Notes under the pieces: model-generated
Seen by the model: the letters and a program-made list of their open reading frames with translations, nothing else
Databases searched by the model: none
What the model was told of the DNA's origin: nothing
Position numbers and translations under genes: made by a program
Source: the human T2T-CHM13v2.0 reference genome, Homo sapiens
Reading direction: 5' to 3' (one strand)
NCBI RefSeq assembly: GCF_009914755.1
Contig: NC_060925.1
Length of the DNA stretch: 64,000 nucleotides
Part shown: one piece after another, positions 17,198 to 30,366 of the stretch
Position numbering within the stretch: position 1 is the stretch's first letter
How the letters are laid out: the number at the start of each line of letters is the position of its first letter

Positions 17198-17327
17198 TTC
17201 TGCTCTTGCCTGCCACCATGTAAGATGTGTTTTTGCTCCTCATTCGCCATCTGCATGATCGCAAGGCCTCCCCAGCCATATGGAACTCTGAGTCAATTAA
17301 ACCTCTTTCCTTTATAAATTAAAAAAA
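17198..17327 (+). mobile_element. THE1 LTR fragment ending in an A-tract
   Basis: gcctgccaccatgtaagatgtg...ggcctccccagccat...attaaacctctttcctttataaatt followed by A7. Confidence 0.8.
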
Positions 17328-17959
17328 GAGAAGAAAAGATCAGTCTACATAAAAATATAAAACACTTATGTGTCACAAAACCAAATAGAAAGCCAAACAG
17401 TCTGAGGGAGAATTGCCTGAGAAAGGAGTGCCTTCTCAACTATAGATTTCAGGCAAAAATATTTTTAAATCCCTCTAAATTAAAAGATATTACAAAAAGA
17501 GCAGACAACTTGTAGAAAAGTAAACACAATTAGCTAATAAACTTATTTTTAAGGTTCAACTTTAGTAAAAATCAAAGATGTACAAAATAATACAATAAAA
17601 CACTATTTTTGCCTGTCAATGTAATTGTAATGGCAATACACAATGCAGGTGATGGTGCAGTGAAGTGTACACAACCATTACACTGATGAAAGTATAAACT
17701 GATGTAATCCTCCTAGAGCAATTAATAACTACCTACCAAGACCCTAAAAATATTCAGACAGATTGATCTAGTAATTCCACTCTGGGAACCTATTTCATGG
17801 AAACAATAGGGGATATTCTAGAAAATTTATGTATGTTAATATTCATCAGCAATATTTAAATCACAATTAATTTGCACAAATCAACATTCTATTATATGCA
17901 AATAATGAAAATACTAAGCAATGTTAATAAAAAATAATGTATATAAAGAATTATAATGA

Positions 17960-18540
17960 AAGAGCAAATATATTTATCATATATAAAAATATATATATAA
18001 TCTATTATATCTTATACATAATACATATAACATATATAACATATATTAAACAATATATTTATCATATTATTAAATAGTATTAAATACAATGTGTGTATAT
18101 ATTATTAAATACAATGTGTGTATGTATATATATACATTGTATTTAATAATATAATATATCATCATATATTAAATATCACATGGTATTTGCAATACTGTGT
18201 GTGTATATATACACACACATTGTATTTAATAATATATACACACATTGTATTTAACACATTATATACATACACACATATTTTATTTAATATATATTATCAT
18301 ATATTAAATATCACACAGTATTGACAATACTGTGTGTGTATATATATACACACATTGTATTTAATAATTATACATACACACATTGTATTTAATAATTATA
18401 CATACACACATTGTATTTAATAATATGATAAATATTATATCATTTAATATATGATATATACACACACACATATATATATATACACACACACATACACATT
18501 GTATTTAATAATATAAGCTTGACTATATAACTATATGTAT
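17960..18540. repeat. AT-rich tandem/inverted minisatellite-like region
   Basis: Repeated unit cacacattgtatttaataat in both orientations, plus (TA)n/(CA)n. Confidence 0.9.
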
Positions 18541-18544
18541 GAAC

Positions 18545-18900
18545 AGTTAGGTTCTCCAGGATGTAGACAATAAGGAGTTAGGAAAGCAAAATATTTTATC
18601 AGGGAGTAATACCTGTGAAAGACAAACAGCAGAATTGCATGGGACCCTCAAACTACAGTGCAGAGGTGGAAAATCAGTGCCAGCCCAACAAGTAGCAACA
18701 AAGCAAAGATCGCCCTTTAGAAGAGCCCTATACCGGGAGAAGTAGCCAGGCTTTGTGGCACAAGCTGGCCCAGTCACCTACTGGGACCACCACTAAAATA
18801 GTGGGACCTTGGCTCGAATGCTAAGCCCAGTCTTGAAGGAGCTAACAGCTGGAGTCAAGGTGTTTCTGGAAGGGGAAGCTGAGTGGTCCACAACTGTATC
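18545..18900. mobile_element. Old ERVL LTR fragment (LTR16/LTR33-like)
   Basis: ttaggttctccagga..agac and ttttatcagggagtaatacctgtg motif resemblance; weak. Confidence 0.4.
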
Positions 18901-20099
18901 TGCATAGAATAAAGGCTGGGAATGTACCAAAATGTTAATAGTGATAATGGAATTATGCATTAAACTTATTTTCCTTTTTATACTTTTCTATATTTTTCAT
19001 GTTTTTGCAGAAAGCATAATAATCACAAAAAAAGTATTATACTCAGAAAAATAGGATTTTTTAATTTTAAAATGAGGACTATCTAGGGATTTCTGTGTTC
19101 CTTAGTCTCTCTTACTTCCATCTTCACCCATCCTTTGAGGGTGGTAGTCCTAATGTATTCATATTAATAGTTTGCTTAGAGACATTTGTGTTGACATTAT
19201 TTCCAGAATAAGACAAAGCCTTAAATTACACACACATACACACACAGAGTACTGCTTTTGGTTTGCTTTCTGCGGTCTTGTTTTTCTTCAAGTTTTATAA
19301 GGAAGTTTCCAGTTTCTCTCTCATTGTTGGACTGCATTGGAAGAAACAGAAAGAGTATGGGTGGGCAAAGATGGGAGTTTACATTTACTGCCTGCTACAT
19401 ACAGGGCAAGAGTAGGAGTTTTACAAAAAACAAGGTCCAGAGTCAAGTATGTAGCCACACATCTAGTAAAAGCTGGAGACAAAATTCACTCCAGTCAGTT
19501 TGGTCTCAAATCTTTGCTCATTCATCTATCTCTAGTGCCTTCAATCAACAAATATCCATATCCTGCAGCTCAGCAAATTTGGCAAAGCTGATCATCAGAA
19601 ACGCCATTGCATGCACTGTGGAGTTCTGCCAAGAGTGGGCAGAAAGTCAAGAGACTTGTTTTCTAACCCTGGCTATGTTCAAGGTATCAGATGACTTTGG
19701 ACAATTTGTTTTCTTGCTCGTGGAGGCAGTGGCTGGGGCTAGTGGTTTCAAAAGGGCTTTCCTGCCCTTAACCTCTGACTCTCTCAATATTCATTTATTT
19801 GTGCATTACATATGCAATTAATACATTCATTTATATATGTATATAATGCTCTCAGCAAGCCAGTGCTATTGCCATGCCACATCTAAATAACTCATGAATG
19901 CATTCTGCTTCTATAGAAAATTGAGATCTTTAAATAGTTCCCTGCTATTGCCTCACCCAGAACTACTGATAAAGACAACTGCATTCACTGCAGCATTATT
20001 TACCAGCCAAAGACTGGCAACAATTCAAACACCAGTGGATAGAGGACTAATTAAATAAGCTATGGCACAGCGTTGCAATGGAATACTATGCAGACATAT

Positions 20100-20890
20100 G
20101 AAAGATTTAGCGGACTTAGCCAATACTATCTAGGCTGGGCTTCTGGGACACCATATTCTCATATTTCCCTCCTCCCTGATTGGCTGTCCCATCTCAGTCA
20201 CCTGTGTCAGACCTTCTTCCTCTTCCCAACATCTAAATGTGAAAAGGACCCAGGAATCAGTCCCTGGCCTTCTTCTGTCTATATTCTCTCTCTACATTCA
20301 ATCCCAAAGTTTAAAATAGTGTCTGATGATACCCAAACTTCTATCTCCAACTCTAGTCTAAGCCATGCCCTCTAAACTAAACATCTCATTGCTTCCTGAA
20401 TATTGTATTCATTAATATTTGAGTGCCTATTAAGGGCCAGGCACTGACTGTTCTAGGCACTGAAATTACAGCAGTGGAAAAACAAGACAAAGTCTCAGCC
20501 CTCCTTAACATTCCAGCAGCAATAACAGAAAATAAACAAGGGAATGGTAATTATGTTCTATAATGCCAGGTAGTGCTAAGTGCTGTGAGGGAAAATAAAA
20601 ACAGTAAGAAGACGTAAGTGATGGGAGCTCTTTGAGATGGGATGACCAGGGAGGGCCAGTCTGGGGAGGTGACATACAGGAGTGACGCATGCCAAGGACA
20701 GGGTGGACGAGCCTTCCAGGTGAGGAGAACAACACGGACAAAGGTCCCAGGATGGGGACGTGTTGGCACATTAGAGAAACAGGAAGGAAGCCAGTGTGGC
20801 TAAGCAGAGTGAGACACGGGAGTCAGGGGAGAGGACATCACAGCAATGGACAGGGGACGAGCCCATGTGGCCCTGTGACCATGGCAAGGA
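20100..20890. mobile_element. L2 fragments in both orientations
   Basis: tgatacccaaacttctatctcca; ttgagtgccta..ccaggcactg; aggaagccagtgtggct. Confidence 0.65.
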
Positions 20891-22167
20891 GTTTAATTAA
20901 TGAATATGTGTCCTGGTATAGAACAATTTCTAAGATGTATTGTTCCATGAAACAGCAAAGTGCAACTGTTGCTTAGACTCCTTCTGGAAGGACACACAAG
21001 AAATTGTAAAAGGTGGTTGCCTCTGGGAATGGACACCAAGGGGGAGCCAGTAACAGAGAAACCTATTTTTCAATGATAATTTTTTGTACTGTATTAAATT
21101 ATCCCCAGGGACATGAATTATTTTTTTCAATTTATAAAAATCTCCTTCTATCTGGTCACTGGTGGTGTTCTAACTGGCCCAGTGGACTAAGCCACATTTG
21201 CCTTATCAATAGAACTCCTCAGCCTCATCTATTGCCTCCCAGGGTCCCTAAGCTTTTCAAGTTCACTTTGTTATCTGAATGGAGATCACCGCATCCTGTA
21301 GGTTTGTTTTTGTTTCATTTTGTTTTGCAGGAGGGAGGTTCCTCACCTCCAAGACCAAAGACCAGAGTCTGTCCTTCTCCTGAGCTCTCAGTGGCTCTTC
21401 TGTGGAAGGATACTTCTCCACTCCCGTCCCAAGGAATCTGAGAGCTTTGCTGTCCCCAGGTTACAGTGTCCGCTCCTCTCCCAGTGGCTCCTGGATGTTC
21501 TAGACCTCACGCAGCCAATTCCAGGGTGCACCACTCACATTAGTTTAGACAATACTATTTTTAAAGGACAGCTAGAATGTTTAGGAGGTGAAGGAGCTGT
21601 TTCACATGCCACTGTTTGTCCCTGGCCTGGCCCCCGCAGAACTTGAGACCCAAAGCCATAGCTGTCTTGATTCACAGATGAGGAAACAAGTTTATGGAGT
21701 GCAATACTTGTCTAAAGTTGCATAGTGAGTTTATGAAAGAATCAGGACTAAAATTCAGGTCCCCAGATTTCCAGTTCCAGGCTCTTTCCAGCTAGATCTC
21801 CCACCCCAATCCTAAGTCCAATCCAATTAGCCTTTTCCGTGGCTCCATGCTTGACTTTCAGCAGGAGCTGAAGCAAGAAGAGGGAGGAGGAGAATGAGTT
21901 GCCCAGCCAAGGCAGTTTCCGGAGCCTCCGAAGGGGCACTGGCCTCTCATGGATTTGGCAAATGCTAGAGGCCAGCTCATGAACACTCCTGGGTCTTTTA
22001 AGGACACCCTAGTAATCTCCTCGGACCTTCTTTGCAGACCTCAACACACACATGATTTCCCTCTCATGCTCTAAAAAAAAGAATCAGAGTCAGTTGTACT
22101 TTAAGTTGCCTGCAGAAACCTCATACCAAAAAAAAAAAAAAAAAAAAAAGGATGGGGGTTGATAATT

Positions 22168-22307
22168 TCTTTCTTTTTTTTTTTTTTTTTGTATTGAGAC
22201 AAGGTTCTCCCTATGTTGCCCTGGCTGGTCTCAAACTCCTGAGCTCAAGGGTTCCAACCGCTTCAGCTTCCCAAAGTGCTGGAATTACAGGCCATCGCAC
22301 CCAGCCG
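22168..22307 (-). mobile_element. Alu monomer (FLAM-like)
   Basis: Single left-arm Alu with T-tail. Confidence 0.85.
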
Positions 22308-25300
22308 GAGGTTGGTAATTGTAAAAGCAAAGATCAAATGATCAAATAAAGCAACACTTCTCTTTGGTAATGCATGATCATAAAGAGGAATGTTTAAAAA
22401 GACGCCAAGGACATAAGATCCCATTTTTAATGAATTTATTCATCCAAGGTTACACACTCACACACACTCACCTGTCCTAGTCAGAATGCACCACAAGATT
22501 TGAGAATGACAGGTCTGATAGGAGAGAATCAAGAGGAAGCTTTAAGAGTAGCCTTCCTGTAACACCCCCAAGAAAGTTCATTGTCAAGAGCTTTTATCCA
22601 GTGCAGGGGATGACAGTGTCATACAATCCAGCATTGTGTGCAGATAGATTACCTGCATCACGTATGCTTTGTGTGGCAATGCTGCAGGTCTGTATCCACA
22701 CAGCTGTGTCCCAGCCTCATTCACATGGAGGGTCCTGAACATACATAGACTTTGACTGCTTCATGCAGAAACCTTACCAGTTGCTCTTGCTGTGCTTAGA
22801 ACCATGGATATCTGAACAGCTTCTGAGGATAACCTTAGCCGAGCAGCTCTTTTGGAATTATGGGTCTGGCTCTAACCTCTGACAGTACTCAGAATAACAA
22901 ACCATTTCTAACTTACCAGCAAATTAGTAATTCTTACTGCAATTGCTATTTCTTTGGGGGAATGTATATTATTATATTATTTTGGATTGCTATTTTATTA
23001 ATAATTCATAACCATAAAATGAAATGAAAATAATAGCTACTATCTTTTATTGAACACTTTTCTGTATGCCAGGTGCCCTTTTAATCAAATGGCCTGAATA
23101 GCTCATTTAATGTTCAAAGCAATCTTAGTAGTAAATTATGATAATCCCCAGGTAACAAAACTGAAGAGATGTTTGATAAGTTGCCAGTTGTACAGCTGAT
23201 AAGTCAGGTCCACCTGCCTCTAACATTCATGTTTTAACCACTAAGTTACATGATATCCCATTCCTGAGTATTTAGAGCATTTATAGTATGCTACAGGCAT
23301 CATGAAGGAAGTGATTCTGTTGTAGACTCTAACTTGGAGCTTTCTGCTAGTTAACCAAAGGGGCAGCAATAAACACTAGATTTATCTTCATACTACTGCT
23401 GCCATGTATGTGAAGAAAATCCTCCTTCAATAGGAAACTGTGGAACTTTTATATGCACAGCTACAGTTGAGATCTGGGTTAGGTAATTCATTCCCCTAAA
23501 AAAACTTTATGACACCGTAATTCACACTATTAACTGGCAATATGTCATTAACATAATTTCCTTCAGTAAGATTGAATCAGGACCTATTATGAGCTATTCA
23601 TTATATGAAAATACAAATAAATAAAACAAGATGAGGTCTGTGGTCCCCAAGGAACTCACAGTCTAGTGGCAGAAATTTATATTTGTGATTAGAATTGCCA
23701 TGAAAGTACAAAGTCCAAGAAAGCTTAGAGTAATTCTGTCTAGAGGAATCCAAGGGGGCTTGGCATTTGAACTAGATATGGAATTTAAACTGGGTCTTGA
23801 AGGGTGAGCAGGAGCTTCAAGGCCAACAGAGTGCATGAAAGAGAACTTCAAAGGGAAAATACCATAGAGAGGCTTGGGATACCACCGTCAGTGCCAGCAG
23901 AGCCAACAAGCCCCTGTGTTACTACCTAGGTGGTAACAAATGAGATTGAGAAGGACAGTTGGGTCCAGACCCTAACTGGAATCTCACATGTTAAGAAGAT
24001 TGAACTCCATCTGCACACAGGAAAATGGTGAGCCATTAAAAGTTTCTGAGCACAGGAGTAGAGCAATCAAAAAGCTTTCCTGGCAAAGAAAGATCCCTCT
24101 GGAGCCCAAGTGGCTAACAGATTAATAGGTATCTGGGCCTGGGTAGATTTGGTGGCTCTGAATATTTCATTAAATGAATTTCCTAAACACAGAAAGCAAG
24201 ATACATTTTAATGTGTTTCTCTCTCTCTCTTTCTCTCTATGGCAACTAATCGTAATTATCTCAGAACGCTGAGCTCAAGAAGATATCTCCTCTGTTTACC
24301 TTCAGAAAGAACAAGGCAAGGGTTTACTCTGAGTATTAAATGTGCATTTTTATAGGTTTAGAGCTTAATTAAATAGCGTTGAAATCCATATGCAGGTTAT
24401 TGAAAGTGTAAGTACCTGAAATGATAGGGAAAAAATACTTAGAAAGTTGCCACGTTAAAGCATTGTTATTAAAATAACAGAAAACGTCTGTTAAAAAACA
24501 ATTTACTGTGCCCTGGGTTCCGTCAACTGGAGCTAAATACATGTCCCTTGGGTTCTTAGAGCATCTTTCTTCACTACAAAGAAAGTCAAGAAAGGAAATA
24601 TGATCAAGTCCACCCCATGTACCTCCACACCTCCTCATTCCCCACCACATATGTAGGCAGTGCCTACCACCCAACACTAATATCATAACCCAGTTTACCA
24701 TTGTGGTGTACGTGACTCCAAACGTTCTTTAAAAGTCAACCCAAAAAAACCACATTAAGTTGGGGTAATCACCTGGGACAGCAGGGCAATTGAAAAAGGA
24801 AGCAGTGCCACTAGTCAAACAAAAGGGGCAAGCCCTCATGATATACTCCAGCATATGTATTGAGTTGGTCATCTATTCATTGAATGATCAGCGAGCACCT
24901 GATATATGCCCAGAACTGGCCCGGGTACTGTGAATGCTAACAGAAATCAGAAACAGGCTTTCTCCTCAATCAACTCCATCTGTCTCTTGACATTTACTAC
25001 AATTCTACAACTGCATTGTTCAGAAGAGGAAACTGATGCTTAGAGACACTAATTCACTTCAAGATCAAAGATCCCATCCAGGGGGAATTTGGAATGAGAC
25101 AAAAGGACCAAGGTGAGAATTAGGTGAGGACTGCGCCTCTGACTCCAAGCACAAACTCAGGAATGCACATGTCATAAAAGAAATCCTGGAGTCTGGGGGT
25201 CAAATTTATACAAGGGGACTGCAAACAAGAGGACAAAACACAACCTAGGCAAGAAACAGCGTGGACCATTATGTTCCCCCAAAGACCATCTTAGCACTAA

Positions 25301-26741
25301 AAACATGAAAAAGAGATTAATTTAATATTCATAGTAAAGATATTCAAGAGGCAGTGTATATAGTGGTAAAGTGTGCCGCCTCTGGAGACACAAAGTCTTG
25401 GGTTCAAATCCCAGCTCTACACCTTTATAACTGTGGACAAGTTATGGGCAAGTTAATAACTGTGGGCTGGTTACTGAAGTTTGCATGGGTTGATAACCTT
25501 TACTGCAAGGAACTGTTGTGAGAATTACTAAGAGACAATATATGCAAAATGCTTAGTGTAGTGCCTGGCACTCAGTGAGAATCAATAAAAGTGAGCTATG
25601 ATGATCAAAGTCAATAAGCCCAAAAATGAAATCATTATCTCTTCTCAAAAACCTGTTCATTCTGTGCCTGAATTCTCTATTGACATGATTTCCACCCACT
25701 CACCAAAATCAGGAGCCATTCTCAGTTCCATTTCTCAAACCACCACCCTTCCACCTTCCTCTACTATCATCATCATCACACCTAACATTTCTGGTGCCTT
25801 TCTAAGTTTGAAGATGCCAAGCCAAGCACTTTAGAAGATGACCTTCTTTAATTTGGCAGAAGAAAACCTTTATGAGGAAGGTACTGTCATTATCTCTATT
25901 TTGCATTTGGAGAAGTTGCAACTTAGAGAGGTTATGAAACTTTCCTAAGGTTCCACAGCTATTAAGTGAGAGCAGGAAGATTTTATAGACAGTCTGAGTC
26001 AAAACCCATGCACTTAAACACTATATTACATAGCCTCCCAACAAACAGGTTGCTCAATAAGCCCTACAGTTTCCTCTTTCCAATTCATCTTGGCTCTACC
26101 CCGTCACCACCCTTGGGCCACATCCTGCTCTGCTAAAGCACAGGCACACAGTGGGTTGTATTTCGGAACAATCGTGGAGAGCTTTGAATGTCAGGCTGAT
26201 GGGGAATTCGACCAAGGAAGAGTGTCTGAACCTGAGAAAGAGTGTTGCTGAGTGAGGGGCAGCCCCATCGGTGACAGCAGACTGGAAACACAGAGGCCAG
26301 GGAGGAGACCAATGCCATCAGTCAAGATGTGAGGTACAGAGGGCCTGAAGCAAGGGAGTGGGAGTGGGAACAAAAAGAAAGGCTGGATGCGACAGACATT
26401 ACCTCACCAGGCACAAATACTCTCGAGGCTGGAACTTGGTTTAATAATTCTGTTACTAGGGCAACAGCAAAAGAACCTATCTCAGAGAGAACCCATCGTA
26501 GCCTGTTTCTGCACAGAAGAGTGGTGGCTCTAAGCTGGGAAAACGGGGTTGAAGGCAAGTGGCCAAGTGACGCAGCAAGCCGCATGGATCAAGACTTCAC
26601 ATAGACATTTTTTAGACCTTTCACCCTCTACAATTTGGGGAGTAGAGACATTTGAAACAGGCTTTCCAAGAAGGAAGATAGCAAGATCTAGGGAGCTGAA
26701 GCTATTGAAGCCCCATGACAGATTAGCAATACTGTCTCTGA

Positions 26742-27042
<301 letters not shown>

Positions 27043-27547
27043 GCCTCTGATATTTAGACTAATCTAAGGACACCAGGAAGAGGTGGGGGAGGGATGCCTT
27101 TGCCACATCTGTCATCATGGAGGATCCTGTGGTAAAGTGTTCAAATGGCAGCATGTCTGGCAACAAAAGCGAAAGCATAGATCCAAAAGCTGACCACTCA
27201 GCTTTTCTTTAACTTGGTATCACTGGAACAATGGCCAAGTCTTAAAGGTAACTTTCTCAGTGTGTCCAGGAATTGAAGTGCTAGGAAGAGCTTACCTATG
27301 GAAGTCATCCTTTCATCCTTTTGTCCTTTCAGGAATATTGTGATGAGATAGCCCTCATCGCATCATTCCATTCATCTCTTTGTTAGCCACCCCAGCCAGA
27401 AAAGAAATTGCCTTTCAAAAACATTAGGAAATCTATGTTCTATCCAGCTACATTCTCACCAGCCTAGGTACCTAGATATTTACTCATTTTCTGAGTAAGC
27501 TTAGGCAAATTGTTTTTCCACTTAGTTTCCTTACCCGGAAAAAGAAA

Positions 27548-27581
<34 letters not shown>

Positions 27582-27632
27582 ATTTATATATAATGTGTGT
27601 GTACATATATGTGTGTATATATATAATATATG
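27548..27632. repeat. (TA)n(TG)n compound microsatellite
   Basis: Directly visible. Confidence 0.9.
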
Positions 27633-29773
27633 CATTAACCTTAATCTCAATGGTTAATATAAGAACTTAAAGCCTGAAACATGTCATAATCCTTCTGAAA
27701 GACAAGGGAACCAAAAGCATAAATAGAGCACATTAAAAACAGTAGTTTGATCTGGTCTGAAGTCAAGGCACCATTTAGGGCTAGAGAGGGACAATGTATT
27801 CCATGGAGCTGATGAAAACAATTAGCATTTTGAGGCACTGATGCTGTACAGTAGTTAGAGCTTGTGCCCAGTAGTAAAATTTCCTGTTCCAATACAGCCT
27901 TTGTCACTCACCAGCTCTGTGACCGCGGGCGAGTGGCACCTCTGGGAGCTTCTGTTTCTTCATTCATAAGATGAGGGTCATGCAATATGACTCATTGCGT
28001 TGCTGGGAGGATCACATTCTTGACACAGGGTAAATAGTAAATAGTGGCTATCGTGTTTCCTTAAATCACAGGCAATCTATGTAACAACACTGGAAAAGCA
28101 ATATTCATCATCTCTATTTTACCAAAGAGAAAACCAATGCCCACAGAAGCTAAAATGTGTGCCCAAAGCCACCCACAGAGGAATCTTCTCACTACAAAGC
28201 TCACACTGTGCCACAGTTTTCTCTCCCATTCTGAAATCTACAAGTCTCCTATAAAGGGTCCATATTCTCTTCCCAAATCAACTGGGCTTAGACAGCCACC
28301 ATTATTGGCAGTCTCAAATCAAGTTTCAGGCATAAGGACTGCTACACATAATCTTAGCCATGGGCAACAGTTTATTGATTTGCTATAAGCTGAAAACATG
28401 ATCTAATTCTGCCCCTAAAAAGGGTATACAATTTACAGGCTTCCCCTTGGATTCCTCTGGACAGTGAATCCTGCAGAAGTATAGAATGCGGATGAAGCCT
28501 GGAAATCAAAGATATCCCTGGGGAATGCAACAAATGGGAGTGATTTCCTCTGGCCCTCTGGCCTTTACTCTGTTAGAGTCCAATCTCCCGAGTGGAGACT
28601 CCGGCAGCCTGAAGGGAAAAGACAAAAATAGTTTCTACCAGCTGGCACAGCAAACAGAACCAAGGCTCATGAATAGACAGATACACACATATTCAGCCCT
28701 TAGGCCTCAGCCTTCCCGGCATGTTTTGGAACTCTTTTTCCACTTTCAGGCTGAACTTTTTGTCCCCAAGCCCCACACCTGCTGAGAGATGAGTTTGCTG
28801 AAGAGGGCCCAGGCAGTGTCAAAAGTCTGGAGTGAACTGGATACCATAAGTGGCTCCTACACCAAAGTCCTTGAGACTGTTACATTCTTTAGACCTGAAC
28901 CCACAACATTCCCTGCCTGGGGAGCAGTTTAACAAAGTACTGACTTGTGTGCCCCTACGTTGCTAACCCCATGTAAGTCCTAAGTTGAGCACATTGGCAG
29001 TTTCAATGGAATAAAATGGCATGTGCACTTCCTTCTGCTATTTTTCTCCTGAGAAAATAAAAGCATGCCAAAATTAAATATCCCTTAGCACTTGTACCCA
29101 GACAGCTGAGTGGACTATTTACTAGCTAACATTCATGGTCTGCTTTGTAATCGCTTGACTCTGTCTTAGTTGCTTGGGCTTTGATGCTTCAATCATCTGT
29201 TCTCTCCCTTCACAACTGAAGTTTGATGGAACTTTAAAACTGGGAAAGCCTTTGGAGAGCGTCCTGTCTTGTTTTACAGAAAGAAAATCAGGGCTTTGAG
29301 AGGGCACCATGTCATACTGCCTCAGCTTCTCAATTGTGTTCACTTTGCCCTATATCACCCAGCCTCTTCTTTGTATGATATCAGGGCCTGTGCCCACCTG
29401 TCCTTTGGATCACCAGAGAGCTGTTTGGAGGCACACTGGCACCTGAGAGGGATCATTAAGCTGGGAAGACAGTGCCTCCATCAGATACAGCTAAAAATAG
29501 GAGCCTGCCTGAGAGCAGAGTCAGCTAGCACGATTGTATGAGACAGGAGGGTCCTCTCCAAGTGCTCACTTGATGCTTCACCTGTCCTCCTGGAAGGATG
29601 GGCACACCAGCTATCCAAGGGGCAGGGGCAGGCTAATAAAACAGCCACACACACGAAGGGCGACCATGCTGCATCTGAAGCTGCATGAGCCGCTCACTGG
29701 GTAGAGAGATTGTCCTTTTTGCAGCCACATGATAGGTGGGACTATATGGTGTGATTAGAAGGAGTAGAAAGGT

Positions 29774-30366
<593 letters not shown>

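Larger units (their letters stand above)
16690..17950 (+). mobile_element. Degraded L1M(E) fragment hosting an AluJ and a THE1 piece
   Basis: A-rich L1 ORF2-end-like motifs (ctacataaaaat, gtaattccactctggga). Confidence 0.5.

Noticed and set aside
17960-18540. Repeat-spacer-like pattern suggesting a CRISPR array
   Set aside because: Eukaryotic low-complexity AT repeat with no unique spacers or cas genes.
19258-19821. 187-aa ORF, the longest outside LRRC52
   Set aside because: TTG start, partly MIR/L2-derived, no recognisable domain.
21805-21900. Minus-strand acceptor and WIGL (C-type lectin-like) peptide
   Set aside because: Four-residue match, weak donor and adjacent MIR sequence.
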